DNA of 54,725 bases, taken from positions 1 to 54,725 of the forward strand of contig JASIBM010000468.1 in the NCBI GenBank assembly GCA_030045175.1, given 5' to 3'. The position numbers were made by a program, and so were the translations under genes. Source of the stretch: Streptosporangiaceae bacterium (GTDB lineage: Bacteria; Actinomycetota; Actinomycetes; Streptosporangiales; Streptosporangiaceae). The notes under the pieces were generated by a model. It saw only the letters and a program-made list of their open reading frames with translations, was not told the DNA's origin and searched no databases. Positions 48,306 through 54,725 of this stretch are shown here, piece by piece (the first letter of the stretch is position 1; every line of letters begins with the position of its first letter).

Positions 48306-49025
48306 CTATCCTCCCGCGCCGCCGCCTACGGGCGCATCGCCTGGCCGCAGGGCTGGCGTTCCAGCCTGGGCGCCATCTGTTGCTCGCTGAGCGGTCCTGG
48401 CCAAGGCAGCCACGCTCCCGCCTGTGTCGTTGAGCCGCTCGACGAACGGGCGCAGCGGCGTGTAGCGGATGACGCTCAGCGAGCAGGGATCGACCTGGAT
48501 CCGCTGATACAAGTCCAGATGCAGGCCCAGGCTATCGGCCAGGATGGCCTTGATCACATCGGCGTGCGAGCAGATCAGGTAAACAGCGTCGGGACCGAGC
48601 TTGTCGTTCCAGTCCCGCACGGCAGCCACGGCCCTGCGCTGGATGTCGGGGAGCGTCTCGCCGCCAGGGCCCGGGAACGTGACGGCGCTCGGATGCGCCT
48701 GGACGACCCGCCAGAGCGGCTCGCGAGACAGCTTGCGCAGCGAGCGCCCGGTCCAGTCGCCATAGCCGACCTCGATCAGCCTGTCGTCGGCCTGCACAGC
48801 GGCGCGCGGCGGTCGCTGCGCGGCTGAGATGGCTTCCGCCGTCTGAGCGCACCGTTCCAGCGGGCTCGACACGATCGCGTCGAGCTGGACCGGGGCGAGC
48901 CGCTCGGCCAGGGCCGCCGCCTGGGCGCGGCCCCTGTCGTCAAGCGGGATACCTGGCGTCCGGCCAGCGAGCGCCGTCCCCGTCGCCGCCGTCAAGCCAT
49001 GCCGCACCACTAGCACCAGCGTCAC
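48306..49025 (-). CDS. Histidine phosphatase (phosphoglycerate-mutase-like) family protein
   Basis: The N-terminal LVLVVRHG RHG motif, with SSPLERCAQTA. It is the first gene of the conserved trio. Confidence 0.8.
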   Translation of the reverse strand: MTLVLVVRHGLTAATGTALAGRTPGIPLDDRGRAQAAALAERLAPVQLDAIVSSPLERCAQTAEAISAAQRPPRAAVQADDRLIEVGYGDWTGRSLRKLSREPLWRVVQAHPSAVTFPGPGGETLPDIQRRAVAAVRDWNDKLGPDAVYLICSHADVIKAILADSLGLHLDLYQRIQVDPCSLSVIRYTPLRPFVERLNDTGGSVAALARTAQRATDGAQAGTPALRPGDAPVGGGAGG

Positions 49026-49088
49026 GGACCGACTCTACGACCAGGCGACGTGAGCTTTGCGCTAACCGCCCCGCCGAGCCCGTGCCGC

Positions 49089-49784
49089 TCAGGACGCGCC
49101 GATGGGGCGATCAGTGATGACGAACGTGACGCTCCCGAACGAGACCTGATCGCCCGGCCGCACGGGTACGCCCGTGGTGACCCGCCAGCCGTTGAGCCTG
49201 GTCCCGTTTGTCGAGCCGAGGTCAGAGAGCATCCAGTGCTCTTGTTCCCTGTGCAGCTTGGCGTGCCAGCGGGACACGCTCAGGTCGGCGAGCGTGAAGT
49301 CGCAGGCTAGCGCGCGGCCAATGGTGAGCCGGCCGTTCTGCTGTGGTGGCAGGCACAGCGGTGGTGGTTCTGGCTGGCCGGCGCCCGCGCGCCGGGCTGG
49401 CGCCCAGCTACCAGGGGCCGGCTGGCCCTGGGCCGGCTGACCTCGGACCAGCTGACGCAGGGCCGCGAGCCGGCCGGTCGCGGCCTGCCGCAGTCGCCTC
49501 CTCTTCGCCGGGTGCGGCACGTCCGACTGGCCGGGCGCCGCGCTCGGCAGGTCACGCAGCAGCTCAGAGAGTTCAGACCGCTCCTTGGCCTGAAGCGCGG
49601 CGTCCATTCTGTACAAGAACGTGTTCTGGCTGATCCGGCCCTCAGCGAAGCGCTCCCTCAGCTGATCGACCGCCTGGTCGCGCTCGGCGTCAGAGGCTCG
49701 CGGGCCGCCGGTCCCGGCGGCCTGCGGTACACCGCGAGGTTGCAACCCCAGACCGGCATCCGGCCGATCGCTGGACGCTCGCAT
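49089..49784 (-). CDS. DUF1707 + FHA domain protein
   Basis: The N-terminus has ASDAERDQAVDQLRERFAEGRI (DUF1707). The C-terminus has LTIGRALACDFTLADLSVSRWHAKL...SDLGSTNGTRLNG (FHA). Confidence 0.8.
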   Translation of the reverse strand: MRASSDRPDAGLGLQPRGVPQAAGTGGPRASDAERDQAVDQLRERFAEGRISQNTFLYRMDAALQAKERSELSELLRDLPSAAPGQSDVPHPAKRRRLRQAATGRLAALRQLVRGQPAQGQPAPGSWAPARRAGAGQPEPPPLCLPPQQNGRLTIGRALACDFTLADLSVSRWHAKLHREQEHWMLSDLGSTNGTRLNGWRVTTGVPVRPGDQVSFGSVTFVITDRPIGAS

Positions 49785-49808
49785 ACCAAAAAGTATCCGA
49801 TCCCGGTC

Positions 49809-51890
49809 TCACCCGCACAAGGCACTCGCCGGTTCTGCGGCAGCGGGCCGCAAAGGGAAATGGCAGGCAGCGACGTGGCCGGGTCCGAATGACCGCGCGC
49901 GCGGCTCTTGTCGCGCGCAGATCTCCTGTGCCAGCGGGCAGCGGGTGCGGAACCGGCAGCCGGACGGCGGGTTTATCGGGCTCGGCAGCTCACCGGTGAT
50001 GCCGCCGCGCTCCGCCCGGCGGGCGGCAGGGTCAGGCGGCGCGATCGCGCCGATCAGCGCGGCCGTGTACGGATGCGCGGGCCTGGCGTAGACGTCATCG
50101 CTCGCGCCGATCTCGACCAGCTTGCCGAGATACATCACGCCGATCCGATCGGCCAGGTACCTGACCACCGCCAGGTCGTGCGAGATCACCACGTAGGTCA
50201 GCTCGTGATCGGCTTGCAGCCGCCTCATCAGGTTGAGTACCTGGGCGCTGACGGAGACGTCGAGAGCGCTGACCGGCTCGTCGGCGACGATCAGCTTCGG
50301 CTTCATCGTCAGCGCGCGGGCGAGCCCGATCCGCTGCCGCTGCCCGCCAGAGAACTCGTGCGGAAACCTGTCGACCGCGCCACGTGGCAGGCCGATCTCT
50401 TCGAGCAGGTCGAAGACGCGCTTGCGCCGCGCGGAGCGGCTCGTCGCGCCGGCGATCACCATGGGCTCGGACAAGATCGTCCCGACCCGCATGCGCGGGT
50501 CGAGCGATGAGTAGACGTCCTGGAATATCAGCTGCAGGTCGCGGCGGCGCCTGCGCAACTCGCCGCCGCGCAAGGTAGCGAGGTTGGCGCCGTTCAACGT
50601 GACCGTGCCAGCGGTTGGCCGCTCGAGCGCGACGATCATCTTGCCAACGGTGGACTTGCCGCAGCCAGACTCGCCGACCAAGCCGAACGTCTCGCCGGGC
50701 GCGACGGTGAACGAGATATCCGACACGGCGTGCACCGGGCCAGACCGGCGCGCCAGGCCTGGCACCGGATACTGCTTAACCAGGCCGCTGACCTCGAGCA
50801 GCGGCCGCTTCCCGACTCCGCTCACATCGAGCAGCGGCCGCTCCCCCGCTCCGCTCACCACGAGCAGCGGCCGCTTCACCGCTCCGCTCACCCCGAGCCG
50901 CTGCCCGTCAACGCCATGCGGCCCCTCCAGGGGGAACCAGCAGGCGAACAGGTGGTCCCCTGCGCTGCCAGCCAGCGCGGGCTCACTCGTGCGGCAGATG
51001 GCGCCCGCCTGCTCGCACCTAGGGGCGAACGAGCAGCCTACGAGCGGCTGCCCTAGGTCGGGCGGCATGCCCGCGATGGCGCTCAGCGCGGCACCCCGGT
51101 CCTGGTCGAGCCGCGGGATCGAGGCGAGCAGCGCGCGGGCATACGGGTGGCGCATGCGCGCGAACAGGTCCGCGGTCGGCGCGGTCTCAACGATCTTGCC
51201 CGCGTACATCACGCTCACCCGGTCGGCACGGGCGGCGATGACGCCCATGTCGTGGGTAATCAGCAGCATGGACATGCCCAGCCGGTCCTTGACGTCCTCG
51301 AGCAAGTCGAGTATCTGCGCCGAGATCGTGGCGTCTAGCGCGGTTGTCGGCTCGTCGGCTATCAGCACCTTGGGCTCGCAGGACAGCGCCATGGCGATCA
51401 GTACCCGCTGCCGCTGACCACCGGACAGCTGATGCGGGTAGTCGGACAGTCGCTCCCTGGGCTTGCTCATGCCGACCATGGCGAGCACGTCCGCGGCCCG
51501 GTCAAGCGCCGCCGTCCTGCTCGCGCCGAGATGCAGCCGCACGGGCTCGGCGACCTGGTACCCGATGGTCTTGGTCGGGTCAAGCGAACTGTGCGGATCC
51601 TGGAAGATCATCGCGATCTCGTTGCCCCTGATCGCCCGCAAGCCAGGCTCGCCGAGCCCGACGAGCTCGGCGCCATCGAACTTGATCGATCCGCTGACGA
51701 TCCGGCCGCCTGGCGGCAGCAGGCCCATCACGGAGAGCCCGGTCATGGACTTGCCGCAGCCGGACTCACCGACCAGGCCGACCGTCTCGCCCGGGTCTAG
51801 CCGCAGGTCCACGTTGCTGACCGCGCGCACGACGACGCGGCCTGCGCTGATGCGCGTGCTAAGGTCGCGGACCTCAAGGACAGGCGGCAC
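49809..51890 (-). CDS. Fused double ABC ATPase (DppD-like + DppF-like halves), with no adjacent permease
   Basis: Two full nucleotide-binding domains: GESGCGKS...[15 protein letters not shown] and GESGCGKST...[15 protein letters not shown]. The linker between them is repetitive. Confidence 0.85.
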   Translation of the reverse strand: MPPVLEVRDLSTRISAGRVVVRAVSNVDLRLDPGETVGLVGESGCGKSMTGLSVMGLLPPGGRIVSGSIKFDGAELVGLGEPGLRAIRGNEIAMIFQDPHSSLDPTKTIGYQVAEPVRLHLGASRTAALDRAADVLAMVGMSKPRERLSDYPHQLSGGQRQRVLIAMALSCEPKVLIADEPTTALDATISAQILDLLEDVKDRLGMSMLLITHDMGVIAARADRVSVMYAGKIVETAPTADLFARMRHPYARALLASIPRLDQDRGAALSAIAGMPPDLGQPLVGCSFAPRCEQAGAICRTSEPALAGSAGDHLFACWFPLEGPHGVDGQRLGVSGAVKRPLLVVSGAGERPLLDVSGVGKRPLLEVSGLVKQYPVPGLARRSGPVHAVSDISFTVAPGETFGLVGESGCGKSTVGKMIVALERPTAGTVTLNGANLATLRGGELRRRRRDLQLIFQDVYSSLDPRMRVGTILSEPMVIAGATSRSARRKRVFDLLEEIGLPRGAVDRFPHEFSGGQRQRIGLARALTMKPKLIVADEPVSALDVSVSAQVLNLMRRLQADHELTYVVISHDLAVVRYLADRIGVMYLGKLVEIGASDDVYARPAHPYTAALIGAIAPPDPAARRAERGGITGELPSPINPPSGCRFRTRCPLAQEICARQEPRARSFGPGHVAACHFPLRPAAAEPASALCG
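50787..50885 (-). repeat. 3 x 33-nt in-frame tandem repeat (plus a partial 4th copy to ~50905) encoding VSGxxxRPLLx in the inter-domain linker
   Basis: Units are 50787-50819, 50820-50852 and 50853-50885. On the plus strand they read gct(g/c)ac(c/a)(t/a)cgagcagcggccgct(t/c)c(c/a)c(g/c)(a/c)ctcc. Confidence 0.9.
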
Positions 51891-51898
51891 CGGCCCGG

Positions 51899-52699
51899 TC
51901 AGCCGCCCATCGCATGCGCGCCGCCGTCGACGTGCACGATCTCGCCGGTTGTCGCAGGGAACCAGTCCGAGAGCAGGGCGACGCAGCCGCGCGCGGCCGG
52001 CTCATGGTTACTCAGGTCCCAGCCGAGCGGCGCCCGGTCGCTCCACAAGGACTCGAACTGCTCGGCCCCAGGTATGGACCTCATGGCCATCGTGCGCAAG
52101 GGGCCTGCCGCCATCAGGTTGACCCTGATCCGGTACTGGCCCAGGTAGCGCGCGAGATAGCGCGCGCAGGACTCCAGGGTCGCCTTGGAGACGCCCATCC
52201 AGTCGTAGGCTGGCCAGGCCTGCCTGGCGTCGAAGTCCATCCCGACGATCGCTCCCCCGTTCTGTTTCATCAGGGGTAGCGTGGCCATCGCCAGGGCCTT
52301 GAGCGAATAAGCCGAGACCTGCAGCGCGGTCGCCACGTCGGACCACTCGCTGTTAAGGAAGTTCCCGCCGAGCGCCGCCCCAGGAGCGAACGCGATACCG
52401 TGCACCACGCCATCTAGGCCGTCTACGTGCTCCTCGATGCGGTCGGCCAGCGTCTCCAGATGTACTGGATTGGCCACGTCGAGTTCGAGCACCGGCGGGG
52501 GCGAAGGCAGTCGTTGCGCCACCCGCCGCACCAGGCTGATCCGCCGCTCGGGATCTTCCTCCGCCTCGCGACCGGGCACGAAGCCGGTGAGCAGCACGGT
52601 CGCGCCCTCCTGCTGGGCAATCCTCGCGACATGAAAGGCGATCGAGGAGTCGGTCAGCACGCCGGTGACAAGAACCCGCTTGCCATCAAGTAGTCCCAT
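51899..52699 (-). CDS. fabI: NADH-dependent enoyl-ACP reductase (InhA/FabI)
   Basis: MGLLDGKRVLVTGVLTDSSIAFHVARIAQQEGATVLLTGF is nearly collinear with the InhA N-terminus. Confidence 0.9.
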   Translation of the reverse strand: MGLLDGKRVLVTGVLTDSSIAFHVARIAQQEGATVLLTGFVPGREAEEDPERRISLVRRVAQRLPSPPPVLELDVANPVHLETLADRIEEHVDGLDGVVHGIAFAPGAALGGNFLNSEWSDVATALQVSAYSLKALAMATLPLMKQNGGAIVGMDFDARQAWPAYDWMGVSKATLESCARYLARYLGQYRIRVNLMAAGPLRTMAMRSIPGAEQFESLWSDRAPLGWDLSNHEPAARGCVALLSDWFPATTGEIVHVDGGAHAMGG

Positions 52700-52770
52700 A
52701 TCGCGCCCTTCGCTGTGTCCTTATAGCAAGAGTGTCCTGATAGCAGAGTGTCCTGCTAGCGGAATGGCGG

Positions 52771-53478
52771 TCAGTGGCCCATGCCGAGGCCGCCGTCGAC
52801 CGGGATGACGGCACCGGTGATGTAGCCAGCATCAGGCCCGGCGAGGAACTGCACCACGCCGGCCACCTCATCGGCCGAAGCCGTGCGACCGAGCGGAACG
52901 CTGTCCACGATCGCCTGCTTGCGCTCCGGTGTCAGCCCGGCTGTCATGTCGGTGTCGGCGAAGCCTGGTGCGACCACGTTGACCGTGATATTCCGGCTGC
53001 CAAGCTCCCTGGCAAGCGAGCGGGCCATCCCGACCAGCCCGGCCTTCGAAGCGGCGTAGTTAACCTGGCCGGCCGATCCGAGCAGCCCCACCACCGATGA
53101 GAGGAAGATGATCCGGCCCCTGCGCAGCCGGATCATCGGCCGGACCGCGCGCCTGACGACCCGGTACGCCCCGGTCAGGTTGGTGTCCACGACAGAGGTG
53201 AACGCTTCCTCGCTCATCAGCGCGAGCAGCTGATCGCTGGTCACCCCGGCGTTGGCCACAACCACCTCGACCGGGCCGTGGGCGGCCTCCGCTACCGCGA
53301 AGGCCTCGTCGACGGACGCCGCGTCCCGCACGTCGCACCTGGCCACGGTCAGCCCGTCAATCTCCGCGCCAGACCGGGACGTGACGGTGACCTTGTCTCC
53401 AGCGGCGGCCAGCCGACGGGCGATCGCCAGCCCGATGCCCCGGTTGCCGCCGGTCACCAGGACTGATCGGCTCATCAT
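52771..53478 (-). CDS. fabG: 3-oxoacyl-ACP reductase (FabG1/MabA-like SDR)
   Basis: VLVTGGNRGIGLAIARRL, with the NAG and YxxxK (YAASKAG) SDR motifs. Directly upstream of fabI. Confidence 0.88.
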   Translation of the reverse strand: MMSRSVLVTGGNRGIGLAIARRLAAAGDKVTVTSRSGAEIDGLTVARCDVRDAASVDEAFAVAEAAHGPVEVVVANAGVTSDQLLALMSEEAFTSVVDTNLTGAYRVVRRAVRPMIRLRRGRIIFLSSVVGLLGSAGQVNYAASKAGLVGMARSLARELGSRNITVNVVAPGFADTDMTAGLTPERKQAIVDSVPLGRTASADEVAGVVQFLAGPDAGYITGAVIPVDGGLGMGH

Positions 53479-53562
53479 CTACCTCCGTTGCCCAGGCGGT
53501 GCGTCGGCAGCGCGGTTAGGAGCGTACTCGGCGATTGGCAGCATCGCGCGGTCGGGAGCGGA

Positions 53563-53775
53563 TCAGGAGTCCTCGAGCCTGAAACCAACTTTCATGCCAA
53601 CCTGGATGTGCGCGATGGCCCCGTCCTGGAGCTGACCGCGGATCTCGGTCACCTCGAACCAGTCGAGATGGCGCAGCGTCGCTGCCGCGCGGCCTAGCCC
53701 GTTGCGCACGGCCGCGTCGATGCTCTCGGGTGACGTGCCGACGATCTCAGTTACCCGGTAGGTCCTGTCGGTCAT
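53563..53775 (-). CDS. Dodecin family flavin-binding protein
   Basis: 70 aa. YRVTEIVGTSPESIDAAVRNGLGRAAATLRHLDWFEV is the dodecin signature. Confidence 0.85.
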   Translation of the reverse strand: MTDRTYRVTEIVGTSPESIDAAVRNGLGRAAATLRHLDWFEVTEIRGQLQDGAIAHIQVGMKVGFRLEDS

Positions 53776-53894
53776 GCGGTTCCTCCACGTCGACGTAAAG
53801 CAGGTCTAGGTCTACTACCCTGGCCGGCCCTGGCGGCGGCGCCACGCTGCACCGCCGATTCGCTTCCTCGCGATCACGGCCCTAACGTGGGACT

Positions 53895-54350
53895 GTGCGA
53901 AGCCGCCACGCCCGCCGCGACCAGGCCTATGTGGTCACCGAGGCCCGGCAGTCCCGCTCGGAGGAAATCAGCCAGCGGGAACGGCGATACCTGCTGATGA
54001 TGGGCATCCGTATCGCCTGCTTCATCGTGACGGTCGTGTTGTTCGTCAACCATGCCGGCTGGTTCACGCTCATCCCCGCGGCCGGCGCGATCGCGCTGCC
54101 TTACTTCGCTGTGGTCGTCGCCAACGCCAGACGAGAAACTGGCGGGGCGAGCGGATTCCACGCCTATCAGCCGCGGCTACCCGAGCGCTACACTCCGCCG
54201 GGCGACGCCAACGGCCAGCCCAGTGCCGGCCAGCCCGGTACCGGCCAGCCCAGTACCGGTCAGCCCGGTGCCGGCCAGCCCGGTGCCGACTGGCCTGGCA
54301 CGACCAAGCCGGGCGCCGCGAGCGACGACGACCCAGGCTCTGGCCGGTAG
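53895..54350 (+). CDS. DUF3099 domain-containing membrane protein with a Gly/Gln/Pro repeat tail
   Basis: ISQRERRYLLMMGIRIACFIVTVVLFV...IPAAGAIALPYFAVVVAN (two TMs). GTG start. Confidence 0.75.
   Translation: MRSRHARRDQAYVVTEARQSRSEEISQRERRYLLMMGIRIACFIVTVVLFVNHAGWFTLIPAAGAIALPYFAVVVANARRETGGASGFHAYQPRLPERYTPPGDANGQPSAGQPGTGQPSTGQPGAGQPGADWPGTTKPGAASDDDPGSGR
54213..54287 (+). repeat. 5 x 15-nt in-frame tandem repeat encoding (GQPxx)5
   Basis: ggccagcccagtgcc / ggccagcccggtacc / ggccagcccagtacc / ggtcagcccggtgcc / ggccagcccggtgcc. Confidence 0.95.
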
Positions 54351-54601
54351 GACGACCGCAGGCGCGGCCGTCCCTGGTTACTTGCGAACGACCGGCTGGC
54401 CTGCGACGGGTCCGACTTGCCAGGCGGTTCTGGCGCGCTTCACCGTAACGTCACAGTTAGTCCAGAACGTTGCAGCTAGTCCAGCAATGGTCGGCGCAAA
54501 TCGGCTAACCTGGCTGGTTCTGACCAGCCGTGAGTGATCAGCAGATTCGCTTCTAATCCGGTCTTGACGCACATGGGGGCGGTTCGGTGTAACATGCATA
54601 C

Positions 54602-54710
54602 CGGTGCTCTGGTCCCCCGCTGGGGCACCGATGCCGGCGTTCCGGGCCCCCGTCGGAGCGCCGATGAACGCGACGCCGGGTGGTTTGCCCCCGTAGCCAC
54701 CCGGCGTCGC
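54602..54710 (+). ncRNA. Candidate 6C-family-like small RNA: three consecutive hairpins, each with a CCCCC loop
   Basis: Hairpin 1 is 54602-54630 (loop tcccccg). Hairpin 2 is 54635-54663 (loop gcccccg). Hairpin 3 is 54670-54710 (14-bp perfect stem, loop tttgcccccgtag). The region has no convincing coding potential. A TTGACG lies at 54564-54569 upstream. Confidence 0.45.
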
Positions 54711-54725
54711 TCTATGCTCGCTGGC

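Noticed and set aside
52947-52968. A PafBC-type RecA-NDp promoter-like TGTCGGTG box (motif recalled as TGTCRGTG-N8-TAnnnT)
   Set aside because: The hexamer 8 nt downstream is gcctgg, not TAnnnT. The site lies inside fabG on the antisense strand. A second caccgaca near 29948 also lacks a -10 element.
54378-54700. Two overlapping minus-strand ORFs of 73 and 74 aa at the right edge
   Set aside because: They have no motifs, overlap each other, and overlap the structured hairpin region. That region is better explained as non-coding regulatory or sRNA sequence.

Overview
This is a high-GC actinobacterial chromosome segment covering the Pup-proteasome neighbourhood. All calls come from reading the supplied ORF translations and the DNA by eye. 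No database search was run, so family names are motif-level recognitions from memory.

Core genes, in order:
- helY (5' part), tatC, tatA, pafC and pafB on the minus strand.
- A DUF3866-like gene, a double-FKBP lipoprotein and a secreted lysozyme-like protein.
- An ECF sigma factor with a membrane partner, then pafA, gabD-like, prcA, prcB and pup.
- dop, arc/mpa, trmI, an M50/CBS protease and a Cas4-like PD-(D/E)XK nuclease.
- A DrrAB-like ABC exporter and two tandem Opp/Dpp-type peptide ABC loci.
- metH, a PAC2 protein and the SCO1664 / DUF3090 / histidine-phosphatase trio.
- A DUF1707-FHA protein, a fused double ABC ATPase, fabI(inhA-like), fabG, dodecin and DUF3099.

Two accessory insertions interrupt this conserved synteny.

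1. The strongest novelty candidate is a low-GC, translationally coupled two-gene islet at 6661-8176 (minus strand). It encodes a 170-aa two-TM protein followed by a 337-aa PNP_UDP/MTAN-fold nucleosidase-like protein. The C-terminus of the first and the N-terminus of the second carry the same RHIM/BASS-like peptide motif, G-D-x-V-x-Q-x-G-x-x-N-T-G.

2. A three-gene plus-strand cassette at 17876-20823 splits pup from dop. It encodes a hypothetical protein, an AAA_28-like P-loop protein, and a class I aminoacyl-tRNA-synthetase-like core fused to an ASCH domain.

Other observations are a 6C-like triple C-loop hairpin RNA at the right edge, a probable ATC start for the PAC2 gene, and several perfect tandem repeats in both intergenic and coding DNA.

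Many long ORFs in the track are antisense artefacts of high GC and were rejected.
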